NCBI RefSeq assembly: GCF_006345805.1
Contig: NC_043001.1
Span: forward strand, 134,788,001 to 134,852,000
Source of the DNA: Octopus sinensis
Taxonomy: Eukaryota
Length of the DNA: 64,000 bases
Reading direction: 5' to 3'
Shown one piece after another: positions 12,530 to 24,749 of the stretch. How positions within the stretch are numbered: the stretch's first letter is position 1; the number at the start of each line of letters is the position of its first letter. Under the pieces are notes generated by a model that had not been told where the DNA came from, ran no database searches, and saw only the letters and a list, made by a program, of their open reading frames with translations. Both the position numbers and the translations under genes were made by a program.

Positions 12530-13016
12530 CTGGAATATGTTCATCTGGAATCTGTTCGAGGTTCTGGTCAATAAATTGAAGGATGTTTATAAAAGCAGGA
12601 TCTTTCTTAATAGGACCTAAATATAGGTCAGATTTATTGTTGAGAAGCAATTGCATCATAGCAATTGGTTGATTATGGTGGTGAAGCCAGGGAACTGTGT
12701 GAAGTTCAGAAAAAATCTGCTTCGGTAGGACTTTAAGAGTTTCATGCAAAGCATCAAAATCTTTGTCTTGAATAAGAGACCTAGTTTCTTCCAATATCTG
12801 TACAGAAGATGGCCCCTCACCTGGTACTACCACCTGCTGGTATTGTCCATTATAACGGACACTGGTAAGGAACTGAGGTGAACACAAAAATGGCAACCTT
12901 TTTGCTGTAGTTCTGGTGTAAACATGATAGAGTTGGAGACAAGTTGTCCATTTATAAACAGTTTTTAACTGGTGTATACACTGAATGTGATGTCTGAGAG
13001 TCAGTGTGGGAATCAT
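12530..13016 (-). CDS. First coding exon of the FASTK-domain-like gene (mitochondrial presequence-like N-terminus)
   Basis: ATG at 13016; acceptor cttttcttgtcttcttccAG at 13073-13074; donor G|GTAAGG at 12529. The N-terminal ~60 aa is basic/hydroxylated and lacks acidic residues (MIPTLTLRHHIQCIHQLKTVYKW..RTTAKRLPF). Confidence 0.75.
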
Positions 13017-13139
13017 ATTTGGGGTTGAGATGGAGATTATATTTCAGTGCAGCACATTTCATTGTGTAATATCTGGAAGAAGACAAGAAAAGCAAAATAA
13101 CAGAATTAATGGAAGAACATTAAAAGGAACAGTGGGGAA

Positions 13140-13640
13140 AAATTCAAAATATGAAAGACTGAGTTGAACTGCTCAAGGTATAGTGACAATTTCACCATTC
13201 TTGAGTTATCAAATCATTATCCCCAAAGAAGGTGGAAGTCAGAGGACGCCAGATCTGAGCATTTTGCTGATTGTCGAATTTGTTGTCAAGGACGTGTGAG
13301 GTCATGCATTGTTATGATGAATATGGATTGTTTTCAGGTTTCTGTTTGGTCTCTTCCTTTTGATGGCACCACTAAGCTTTTTGAGTGTTCACAATACAGT
13401 CACATTCCAGAAAATCAAAGAGAATGACACCCTTGTTATCTCCCAAAATGGTCACCATGACTTCCTGTGTCAATTTCTGCCTCTTGTACTTCTTGAGCTT
13501 TGGAGTAGACATCATCCCACAGACTGGGCCTTGATTTCCACATCATAAAAATATGCCCATGATTCCTCCTCTGTCACTAGGCTGAAAAAGGAGTGTCTTC
13601 TTGGCTTCAAACTCTTGACCAAACAGGTCTCCAGTAGCAC
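13140..13640 (-). mobile_element. Degenerate mariner relic
   Basis: Minus strand encodes HNNA*PH and PDLASSDFHL-like motifs (13230-13320). Confidence 0.45.
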
Positions 13641-13835
13641 TCGCTTACAGCTTTCATGCAATGTCAAAGCAAGGGGATAGACATACACACACGACAGGGG
13701 ATTAGTTGATATGGATTAGATCATGGACCCCAATACTTGATTGGCTTTTATTTTATTTTATTGATCCCAAAAGGATAAAAGGCAAAGTCAACCTCTTTGG
13801 GTTTTAACTCAGAAAAGAAAGAGAGGAAATATATA

Positions 13836-14225
13836 TCATCATCATCATCGTTTAACGTCCGTTTTCTGCGCTAGCACGGGTTGGACGGTTCGACCGGGGT
13901 CTGGGAAGCCAGGGCTGCACCAGGCTCCAGTCTGATCTGGCAGTGTTTCTACAGCTGGATGCCCTTCCTAACGCCAACCACTCCGCGAATGTAGTGGGTG
14001 CTTTTTACGTGCCACCTGCACAGGTGCCAGGGGGGTCTGGCATCAGCCACGATTGGTTTGTGCTTTTAACGTGCCACTGGCACGGAAGCCAGCCAAGACG
14101 GCGCTGGCATTGGCCACGTTCGGATGGTGCTTTTTATGTGCCACCGGCACAGAAGCCAGTCGAGGCAGCGCTGGCATCGGCCACGTTCGGATGGTGCTTT
14201 TTATGTGCCACCGACACAGGTATCA
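13836..14225 (-). mobile_element. RTE LINE 3' tail
   Basis: Same family as 7761-8092, with an extra internal repeat unit. Confidence 0.8.
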
Positions 14226-14498
14226 CACAGGTATCATAAGTAAATTTTTTCAACACATCAACAGAAAGATTTATAAGTGTGATTTGAAACTGTTTTGGTC
14301 TGTTTGTCTTCCAGGTCAATGATATAATACCATGTCACTGTACTTTAGGCAGCAAATTCGCAGAATCATCTGAATGCAGGACAAACTATTTTGTGGTACT
14401 TGTTCTGGTGAATATCCAGCTGGGATTAATTTTGGTTTTTATCTTTTTAGAGGTCAATAAAATGAGGAACCAGTCCAGAGTAGTGCACTGATAGAGGA

Positions 14499-14882
14499 AG
14501 GAAGCACTCCGTCGGTTCCGACGACGAGGGTTCCGGTTGATCCGAATCAACGGAACAGCCTGCTCGTGAAATTAACGTGTAAGTGGCTGAGCACTCCACA
14601 GACACGTGTACCCTTAACGTAGTTCTCGGGGATATTCAGCGTGACACAGAGAGTGACAAGGCCGGCCCCTTGAAATACAGGTACAAGAGAAACAGGAAGT
14701 AAGAGTGAGAGAAAGTTGTGGTGAAAGAGTACAGCAGGGATCACCACCATCCCCTGCTGGAGCCTCGTGGAGCTTTAGGTGTTTTCGCTCAATAAACACT
14801 CACAACGCCCAGTCTGGGAATCGAAACCGCGATCCTATGACCGCGAGTCCGCTGCCCTAACCACTGGGCCATTGCGCCTCCA
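14499..14882 (-). mobile_element. SINE family A
   Basis: Full copy; TSD gcactgataga. Confidence 0.9.
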
Positions 14883-15356
14883 CACGCACTGATAGAATTG
14901 TAAGTGTTGTTCTGGCCTTTTGTACTCTCAGTCCTTGGGTTGTAGATTTAATCCCTCACCCGGTTTAATGCCACCATCAGGTCCTTAAGTGTTTAGCAAG
15001 TTCTATTACAAATATTTGGACTATATCTCTAGTTTGAGAATCACTTACTTCCTTCTTTACTTCTAAGAGTCTCGAAGACCTTGGAAAATAAAGACGGATC
15101 ATAGGTACTGCTCTTGTCTCCCGTAACTAAATGACAAAAATAAATACTAATTGTATTGTTTCTTACACAGGTAGGAAGCCAGATTAATTAAGCGGAGAAA
15201 ATTTGGAAATTTTGACAGCTTTTCCCAAGGGGTTCGTAGCATAACAGAAGTAGTTTCGGTTAGGCTTGCTGCATTTACCCAGAAGTTACCTCTCATCTAA
15301 TAGTCCCAACAAATTAACACAAATTTGTGTGCGTGTGCATGTGCGCGTATATATAT

Positions 15357-15585
15357 ATTTCTTTACTACCCACAAGGGGCTAAAAATAGAAGGGACAAAC
15401 AAGGACAGACAAAGGGATTAAGTCGATTACATCGACCCCAGTGCGTAATTGGTACTTATTTAATCGACCCCGAAAGGACGAAAGGCAAAGTCGACCTCGG
15501 CGGAATTCGAACTCAGAACGTAAAGACAGACGAAATACGGCTACGCATTTCGCCCGGCGTGCTAATGATTCTGCCAGCTCGCCGC
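15357..15585 (-). mobile_element. SINE family B
   Basis: Matches 7021-7256. Confidence 0.85.
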
Positions 15586-16041
15586 TGTATACATGCATCA
15601 ATATAAATATGGTGCACGCGCGCAAGAACACGCACTCACATACATAAGTTCCAACCATGACAACCTATCTGAGGCTACTTTCGCAGGCTTCGAAAAGCTA
15701 TCTCGTTTCTGCGAATACAAAAACAAAATTACACATTTAATTAGTATAATTATAATTTATCACTTTATCTTACAGTACACTCCGTTACGAAAATGCCTAT
15801 AATTATGAAAAAACATTCTGCCGAGAAACAGAGACAGGGAACCTGTTAAGAAACTTTAAATCCTTCGGCACATGTTTGACCTTCCTATAGTAAAATTGAG
15901 AAGTTATATAATAATGATGTTTGTCTTCCTTCTTTTTAGACATATTTATCAATATATTTAACGGGTAAACAGACACCTTGAAAACAGAAGACAGAAATTG
16001 TTAAAGGATTAATTCTACAAGGAGTTTTTCGATATATTTAC

Positions 16042-16090
16042 CTCAACAGCAACTAAACATCCTACACACTCTGCCATGACGCTGGTAAAC
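16042..16090 (-). other. Candidate 5' non-coding first exon of the FASTK-domain-like gene
   Basis: GAG|GTAAAT donor at 16041 in a non-repeat stretch that retains CpGs; the 5' boundary is a guess. Confidence 0.35.
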
Positions 16091-16190
16091 AGATTATTTC
16101 CCCATTGATGTGATTGGAATTATGTCCCTTACACCCGACAGTCGAAATGATTATTCTTCACCGGTGGTGTATATCTTATCGTGGAAAAAG

Positions 16191-16606
16191 GGCGGCGAGC
16201 TGGCAGAAACGTTAGCACGCCGGGCGAAATGCTTAGCGGTATTTCGTCTGCGTTACGTTGTGAGTTCGAATTCCGCCGCGGTCGACTTTGCCTTTCATCC
16301 TTTCGGGGTCGATAAATTAAATACCAGTTACGCACTGAGATCGATGTAATCGACTTAATCCGTTTGTCTGTCCTTGTTTGTCCTCTCTGTGTTTAGCCCC
16401 TTGTGGGTAGTAAAGAAATAGGTATTTCGTCTGCCGTTACGTTCTGAGTTCAAATTCCGCCGAGGTCGACTTTGCCTTTCATCCTTTCCGGGTCGATTAA
16501 ATAAGTACCAGTTACGCACTGGGGTCGATATAATCGACTTAATCCGTTTGTCTGTCCTTGTTTGTCCCCTCTGTGTTTAGCCCCTTGTGGATAGTAAAGA
16601 AATAGG
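16191..16606 (+). mobile_element. SINE family B, tandem dimer
   Basis: A full copy followed directly by a 5'-truncated second copy starting ~16421. Confidence 0.85.
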
Positions 16607-17494
16607 TATATATCTTATCGGGAAAATTTACATAAAAATCACACAATTATAATTATATCCCTTGAAATTGCATAAAGGATGGACCCTCTTACGTTGTTAG
16701 ATAACACTGGTCAACACGATTTTTAGTGCCAGGAAACAAAACACGTTTTTTAGCTAATTTGATGGTGCTGATTCCGAAAATGGCCTTAGCTTTTCATGGT
16801 TAGCTACAATTTTTGCTGTACTGAAATTGCTCATTTTTGGAAAAAAGATCAATTTACGATCTTGGTTGATTGCAAAATTTAGTTAAAAAAGGCAGTAGAA
16901 ACCCATGAATATTCAGGTAGGCCGAGCAATTTATGTCAGCCACCTGAAATGAACTATTTTTATAAGAAAAAAGTGTTTTTGAGTCAAAACTTTTAAAATA
17001 GAAGAACCAAATTTTTCCAATTTATTGCCAAAATTCAAATTAACTGATAAACTTTATCAGTAATACTTTAGTAAACCTGATAATTAAGGTGATATAAAAA
17101 AAAAAATGAAACCCTAAAATCTTCTGTTTGATATTCATAAATTTATCCCATCACTTTTATCCCTTCAATACAGAAAGAATCCAAGCCACGTTAAGAGCTT
17201 TTGTTTCACAGATGGAAAAAAACTCCAACTAAAGACATCCCAATTCTATGCATCTATTCCATTGTACATGATGAATATTATGAAAATAGTTTCAGCATAA
17301 CATCTGCCCTCCTTGCAAGATTACGAAGATACGAAGTAGAATCAGTGAAACGACTCTGTCTTTTGTTATTGCTAGTTTTACGAGTCTTTCCGTAGGACAT
17401 TAGGAAAGATCAAATTACCTAAATGTGAACACGCAAAGTGTAAATTCTCAATCCAACTCATGTTTTTTAATCATAGAGATAGATATCAAATGAC

Positions 17495-19514
17495 ATGGCT
17501 TCAACGAGAGGATGCAAAAATGACCCCAACTTACTTTGCTACAGATGTGGCGAGTTCACACCGAAAGCCAACAGGAGACTGCTGGCATCTGACTTTTACA
17601 AGAAAGCCTATTGTGCTTACTTTCATGTCGAGCTTGGTGATCAGGACAAATCATGGGCCTCTCATATTGTTTGCAAGACATGTTTGGAACACATGAGACA
17701 GTGGACTTCAGGTAACTGAAAATCGCTGAGATTCACTATTCCTATGATCTGGTGTAAGCCAAAGAACCACTCTGACGAATGTTACTTCTGCTCAGTTAGT
17801 GTTGTGGGACTGAACCAAGAGAAACGCAGATCTATCGACTATCCCAGTCTTCATTCTGCTATTTGACCAGTGCCACATTCAGATGATTTGCCAATCCCAG
17901 TTTATCATGAAAATTTATTGAAACTTGTTGATAATGATGTAAATGAGAGACACAGCAAAAACGATCCTGACTATATTCCCGAAACCGTGCCAGAGCCGTT
18001 TAACCAAAATGAGCTGAATAATTTGGTTTGAGACTTAAATCTAAGAAAAGAATCAGCAGAACTTTTGGCCTCTAGGCTCAACATAAAACACCTGCAAGTA
18101 AAAGGCACAAAGGTATCATTCTATTGAAATAAGGATGCCGAATTTGTACAATTCTCTAATGAGAACATGGATCTTGTTCATTGCAATGACGTTGAAAAAG
18201 TTCTTCGACTAAGCGTCCAAAACATGATCTTGATGAATGAAGATTGTTCATTGATAGTTCAAAACGTAGTTTGAAATGTGTTTTTCTCTATAATACCAAC
18301 ATGTATGCGCCATTTCCTATCGGTCATTCAACAACACTGAAAGGAAAACATGATGCCATCAGACAGGTTATGGAACAGATTGACAATACCAAATATAAAT
18401 GAGTGTTATGCGTTGATTTGAAAATGGTAAATTTCCTGCTTGGTCAACAAAGTGGCTACACGAAATCCCAGGAGCACTGGAAAAGGAAAGATTGGCCACC
18501 CCGAGAGTTGAAGGTCAGTGAAAAGAATGTTATTAGTGCAGTGCTAGTTCCGAAAGAAAAAAATCTTCTTCCCTCCCTTGCATATCAAATTGGCATTAGT
18601 GAAACAGTGTGTAAAATCACTCGACAAAGAAAGTAAATGTTTTGAGTACAGGAGTGGCTGTGTGGTAAGTAGCTTGCTAACCAGCCACATGGTTCCGGGT
18701 TCAGTCCCACTGCGTGGCATCTTGGGCAAGTGTCTTCTGCTATAGCCCCAGGCCGACCAATGCCTTGTGAGTGGATTTGGTAGACGGAAACTGAAAGAAG
18801 CCTGTCGTATATGTGTATATATATATATATGTATGTGTGTGTGTTTGTGTGTCTCTGTTTGTCCCCCTAGCATTGCTTGACAACCGATGCTGGTGTGTTT
18901 ACGTCCCTGTCACTTAGCGGTTCGGCAAAAGAGACCGATAGAATAAGTACTGGGCTTACAAAGAATAAGTCCCGGGGTCGATTTGCTCGACTAAAGGCGG
19001 TGCTCCAACATGGCCGCAGTCAAATGACTGAAACAAGTAAAAGAGTAAAAAGAGTAAAAGAGTATATGTAAATCGTTTCCAGGACTTAGCACCGAAAAAC
19101 TCAAAGCAGGAGTGTTTGATGGTCCTGATATCAGGAAACTCATTAAGGATGATGAATTTGTTAATTCAATGAATGACTTGGAATTATGCACTTGGACATC
19201 GTTTGTTGACGTGGTGAAAAACTTCTTAGGCCGAAAACTACAAGGAGTTAGTGGAAAAGCTGTTGAAAAGTCTGCAGGGCATAGGTGCTAATATGAGTAT
19301 TAAGGTTAATTTTTTACATAAATTTCTGGATAATTGCGGTGATATGAGTAATGAGCAAGGAGAATGATTCCATCAAGATATCAAAACAATCGAAGAGCAC
19401 TACCAGGGACGGTGGGACAAACGAACGATGGCTGACAACTGCTGGAGAATCAAAAGGGACTTAAATAACAGTAAACATGACAGACAATCAAGAAAGAGAA
19501 AATTTTTACCATAG
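17495..19514 (+). pseudogene. Chapaev3 transposase pseudogene
   Basis: MASTRGCKNDPNLLCYRCGEF..GDQDKSWASHIVCKTC..NHSDECYFC (N-terminal Zn-binding region); RLFIDSSKRSLKCV; CVDLKMVNFLLGQQSGYTK; LPPLHIKL; FDGPDIRKL; EQGE*FHQDIK..YQGRWD. Multiple stops and frameshifts; SINE C inserted at 18648-19062. Confidence 0.8.
18648..19062 (+). mobile_element. SINE family C
   Basis: Full copy inside the Chapaev3 ORF. Confidence 0.85.
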
Positions 19515-19658
19515 TTCTTTATGTTCACGAAGGTTTTGTTTCTGCTGTTAGTTTATTTAATGATTTAATGAAACTACTTGTTGGTCTTGGTATATTCAAT
19601 ATATGTTATTTTTAAAGACTTAGGGTCTGATTGTTATTGCAAAAGTAGTATTTGTCAA

Positions 19659-19993
19659 TCATCATCATCATCATCATCGTTTAACGTCCGTTTTCCACGC
19701 TAGCATGGGTTGGACGGTTCGACTGGGGTCTGGGAAGCCAGGGGCTGCACCAGGCTCCAGTCTGATCTGTCAGTGTTTCTACAGCTGGATGCCCTTCCTA
19801 ATGCCAACCACTCCGTGAGTGTAGTGGGTGCTTTTTATGTGCCACCTGCACAGGTGCCAGGGGGGTCTGGCATCGGCTACGATTGGTTGGTGCTTTCAAC
19901 GTGCCACCGGCACGGAAGCCAGCCAAGGCGGTGCTGGCATCGGCCACGTTCGGATAGTGCTTTTTATGTGCCACCGGCACAGAAGCCAGTCGA
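19659..19993 (-). mobile_element. RTE LINE 3' tail
   Basis: (CAT)n plus the conserved tail. Confidence 0.8.
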
Positions 19994-21010
19994 GATAAGC
20001 AGACCAACATTTGTTGGTTTAAATACGAAATGAGAGGTTTCTACGATTTTACTTTGAGAAATATTGTCATCGATCAATATCAAATATACAAAAAACAAAT
20101 GAAAAAAATGCTTTTTTTCTCCAATAATAAGTCATTTTTGTACAGCAAAAAAGGTAGCTAACCAAGAAAAAGTAAGGTCATTTTCAGATTCAATATCCTC
20201 AAATTAGCTAAAAAGATGTTTGGTGTGTCGACACCATTTCAAATTTTTTTTGTTGAGCAGTGTAATCTATTAAAAAAAAGCATCCAAATCTCTCTCAGAT
20301 CATGTTCTGTCCTCTTAAATAGTTTTATATACTCCTGATGACTGTCTCGCTCATAGCAGAACTAGTGGTAGTGGTGAGTGGACGACTAATTTAGGAGTGT
20401 ATGCGTGCTATCCAGGGCACAAAATTTTTTTCCCCGTGAGAGTTTTGGACCCCAGTAATGAACTCATTTGCATACAGCCAATCAGAGCTTACCTTGAAAA
20501 TACATAAACTGTGTACTGCTACAGTACAGCCAGTCAGGCATAGAATGGTGTATGCCACTCTGTGAGTACAGCATAGCAAGTCTCACATAAGCACCCCCCT
20601 CCACCATCCTCATAGATCAATTGAGTACCATCTCTATATGGAGCTAACATTAGGTCCCTATGCTCAGACTGAGATTAGTGATACTGCATGTACCAATTGA
20701 TATATGCAAGAGGGCACAATATGACACAACTTCATATTGATTATGATGCTTCCGGCAAATGTTAAAGCATGGGTCACCAGGCAATTCTTCTCTGAGTGGG
20801 TCAACCTCGTCGTCAGACCAGCAGTGAAAATGTACCTTCTGGAGAACAATATCCTCTCAAGTCCTTCCTCATCCTTGGCAATGCTTCTGCTCACCCTGCT
20901 AACCCCGAGGATGATATCCTGGATGAATTGAATTTTATAAAGTTCTGTACTTTTCACACAACACCACCCCTATTTTGCAACAGATGATTTTTAATTTTAA
21001 GAAATTGTAT

Positions 21011-23515
21011 CAGACTGCCAGAAGGGAAGCTAGGAGACAGGTTTATTTAGCCAGAGGGGAAGCAGATAAGAAAAAATTTGCCAATGTTCTGCGTCGTGAG
21101 GACCAAAGACTTGAGGTATTTCGTGTTGCAAGACAGTAAGTGAGAGAGAATCGTGATGTGGTAGGAGAGAAATGTGTTCGCATGGAAGATGGTTCACTTG
21201 CGCTAAATGAGGATGCAAAGAGAGAGGTTTGGAGATGCCACCATGAAAGGTTGCTGAATAGAGAAAATGAATGGGATAAAGAGAGTCTGCTGAATGTCGA
21301 CCCAACAGAGGGACCAGTTATCCGAGTTGACAGTTCTTTGGTAGTTAAGGCAATTAGAAGCATGAAGACAGGGAAAGCCCCAGGCCCATCAGGAATTATT
21401 GCAGAGATGCTCAAAATATCTGGCAGTGTTGGCTATAGCCTAGTCACCCGTATAGTTAACCAGGTGATACACGAAGGAGTCATACCCAATGACTGGTGTA
21501 GCAGCATAATAGTCAACTGCTACAAAGGTAAAGGTGATGCCCTAGATACAAATAATTATAGAGGTATCAAGCTGTTGGATCAGGTAATGAAGGTTACGGA
21601 GAGGGTCATAGCCCAACTGATTAGGGAGAGAGTCAACTTGGACGAGATGCAGTTTGGATTCGTGCCAGGGAAAAGTACCACTGATGCCATATTTCTAGTG
21701 AGACAGCTGCAGGAGAAATACCTAGCCAAAGATAAACCTCTGTACCTGGCTTTCGTCGACATGGAGAAAGCCTTTGACAGGGTCCTCCGATCCCTCATCT
21801 GGTGGTCAATGAGGAAACTAGGGATAAATGAATGGTTAGTGAGAGCTGTACAAGCCATGTACAGGGACGCTGTTAGTAAGGTGAGGGTTGGCAACGAGTA
21901 CAGTGAAGAATTCTGGGTAGAGGTTGGGGTCCACCAAGGCTCAGTCCTCAGCCCCCTCCTATTTATCATAGTCCTCCAAGCAATAACGGAGGAATTCAAG
22001 ACAGGTTGCCCCTGGGAGCTCCTCTATGCTGATGACCTTGCCCTAATTGCTGAGTCACTATCAGAACTGGAGGAGAGGTTTTAGGTGTGGAAGCAAGGAT
22101 TAGAATCGAAGGGCCTAAGAGTCAACCTAGCTAAAACCAAAGTTCTAATAAGTAGGAAGGTAGACAAATCACAAACATCCTCAGGTAGATGGACCTGCTT
22201 GATCTGTAGAAAAGGCGTAGGTAGAAACTCTATAAGATGCACCAAGTGTAAGCTATGGACACATAAGAGGTGCAGCAATGTCAAAGGAAGGCTAACTAGG
22301 AAAATAGTTTTTGTATGTGGCAGATGCTCGGGAGTAATAAACACTGAAAATACACAGAGACCATCTTCTGCCACATTCCAGGGAGAAAAACTAGAAATAG
22401 TTGATAGCTACCGTTACCTAGATGACCAAGGCAGCAGCGGGGGCGGGTGCACTGAAAGTGTAACTGCTAGAGTAAGAATAGCCTGGGCAAAGTTCAGAGA
22501 GCTCTTACCTCTGCTGGTGACAAAAGGCCTCTCGCTCAGAGTAAAAGGCAGATTGTATGATGCATGCGTACGAACAGCTATGCTTCATGGCAGTGAAACA
22601 TGGGCCGTGATTGCTGAGGATATGCGTAAGCTTGCAAGAAATGAAGCCAGTATGCTCCGATGGATGTGTAATGTCAGTGTTCATACTCGACAGAGTGTAA
22701 GTACTTTGAGAGAAAAGTTGGACCTAAGAAGCATCAGTTGTGGTGTGCAAGAGAGACGTTTGCGCTGGTATGGTCATGTGGCGAGAATGGATGAAGATAG
22801 TTGTGTGAAAAAGTGCCATATCCTAGTGGTTGAGGTAACCTGTGGAAGAGGTAGACCCAGGAAAACCTGGGACGAGGTGGTGAAGCACGACCATCAAACT
22901 TTAGGTCTCACCGAGGAAATGACTAGAGACCGAGACCTATGGAAGCATGCTGTGCGTGAAAAGACCCGGCAGGACAAGTGAGGCCATAATCCCGTGGCCT
23001 ACACCTGGGATGTAGCCAGCCCACTTATGCATTCCTTCCTTCTTGGGACACAAAACTCCACTTGTGAAGACCTGTTGAGGCAAGTGAAAATCAAAATCGA
23101 AATCGTAATCTATCAACATCAATGGAATTTGTAGCTGTGATACCAGTGCCGGTGGCACATAAGAGAACCATCCGAACGTGGCCGTTGCCAGCGCCGCCCG
23201 ACTGGCCTCCGTGCCGGTGGCACGTAAAAAGCACCATCCGACCGTGGCCGTTGCCAGCTTCGTCTGGTCCCCGTGCTGGTGGCACGTAAAAAGCACCATC
23301 CGATTGTGGCCATCTTCCACCTGTGCCGGTGGCACGTAAAAAGCACCCACTACACTCTCGGAGTGGTTAGCGTTTAGGAAGGGCATCCAGCTGTAGAAAC
23401 ACTGCCAGATCAGACTGGGCCAGGTGCAGCCTTCTGGCTTCCCAGACCCCAGTTGAACCGTCCAACCCATGCTAGCATGGAAAGCGGACGCTAAATGATA
23501 ATGATGATGATGATG
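21011..23515 (+). mobile_element. RTE-clade LINE, 5'-truncated (RT domain, Cys-rich insertion, 3'UTR, (ATG)n tail)
   Basis: RT motifs GKAPGPSG, YRGIKLL, QFGFVPGKSTTDAIF, AFVDMEKAFDRV, GVHQGSVLSPLLF, YADD; RTE-type C-terminus RRLRWYGHV..GRGRPRKTW. No endonuclease domain in this copy. Confidence 0.92.
21140..22981 (+). pseudogene. Reverse transcriptase ORF of the RTE LINE with an in-frame TAG at 22082-22084
   Basis: ORFs 21140-22084 and 22085-22981 are in the same frame, separated only by the TAG; a further stop at 21137-21139 precedes them. Confidence 0.9.
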
Positions 23516-23906
23516 TACACCAAACACCTGTTCCATCGGTGCTTTGAAGTCAATGAAAATGCAAATCTAATCCTTTGTGAGTTTTTGAAGGAGCACTACA
23601 ACATTGTAAACTGCTTGAAAATCATCAATATTGCCTGGCAGAGTGTATCAAGACTGCTGGATTCTGTGGGAAACTGGGGCCTGACTACATAACCAAAAGA
23701 GACTTTCAGGGGTTTGAGTCTGAGACACCTGTAGTCGAGGAGAGAATGTCTCTTGGCAAGTCCATAGGCCTTGAGGTTAATGATGGGGACATTGATGATC
23801 TCATCGAGGAACACTCAGAGGAGCTGATGACCACGAATTCCTGCAGCATTTGGATGCAATAGAAGAGATTGGTTCTCTGGAGGAAGCCAGTGTAGCAGAG
23901 AAGGTT

Positions 23907-23907
<1 letters not shown>

Positions 23908-23953
<46 letters not shown>

Positions 23954-24300
23954 CATTGTGTACAGTGCTCAGGTGCACTACAACTCATCTAAAGTGTATG
24001 TATAATCAGGTGTAGTTTCGGCGGATTTCAGAAAGCATGAGGGCCTTAAAGGATGCAGTGTCATGGCAGTCAACAACTGACGCAGGCAGTTTGTTCCATG
24101 CTTCAGCAACTCTGAGCGTGAAAAAATGTTTCCGAAAGTCATAGGAGCTGTGTTGTTTTCTGACTTTGTAGGCATGTCCACGTGTGTTAGACACATGGAG
24201 ATCAAAAAGGTGTTCAGTGTTGTTGTTGGTGAGGTGGTTGATAACTTTGTGGGTGTTTACCAAGTCCATCGCCAGACGCCGGAGCTTCAGCTTTGAGTAA
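23908..24300 (-). mobile_element. CR1-type LINE 3' fragment with (ATT)n tail
   Basis: ORF 24006-24320: LRRLAMDL..NTRGHAYKV..RKHFFTLRVAEAWNKLPASVV..SFK, the typical CR1 ORF2 C-terminus. Confidence 0.85.
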
Positions 24301-24529
24301 CATAAAGGCAGTGTTGGCAAAGTGGAAGTATGTTTCTGAATTTGTAGAAAAATATCATCCTGAAAATGTAGCTACAGGTTGTGCAGCTGCTTTATTTAAT
24401 GACACTGCTCTGGTGCATTTTTGTAACATTTTGAAAGGCAGGAAAAGCAGACTTCTCTTGATATGTTTCTAAAGAAACGTCCTGAGAGTGTGAAAAGTGA
24501 AGAAAGTGTGTCTAAAAGGCCTAAATTAA

Positions 24530-24749
24530 CCCTTTCGTTACCAACACGGCTGAAACCGGCTCTGGCTCTGAGTACAAATGTCTTGTTTTCATAAGTGTTA
24601 AATTGAAACCTTCCACCAAACCTTAGTCCCAATTTATGTTCCTAACACCAGCTTAATGATAACGAAGTTATTTTATTAAATTCTTTGTTATATTTAAAGT
24701 AATTGAAAGAAACACAGAGCATCTCAAAATAAATACAGTAACGAAAGGG
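24530..24749. mobile_element. piggyBac-type MITE
   Basis: TTAA|CCCTTTCGTTAC...GTAACGAAAGGG|TTAA. Confidence 0.85.

Larger units (their letters stand above)
16705..20262 (+). mobile_element. Chapaev3-type (CMC) DNA transposon, full-length but decayed
   Basis: TAA|CACTGGTCAACA...TGTTGAGCAGTG|TAA: CAC..GTG termini with a 3-bp TWA TSD. Imperfect subterminal IRs of ~100 bp. Internal transposase remnants. Confidence 0.8.

Noticed and set aside
21580-22374. Minus-strand ORFs opposite the RT
   Set aside because: Antisense shadows of the LINE ORF.
23140-23350. CRISPR-like repeat-spacer pattern (GTGCCACCGGCAC units)
   Set aside because: Part of a LINE 3'UTR; the spacers are related to each other; no cas genes; eukaryotic context.
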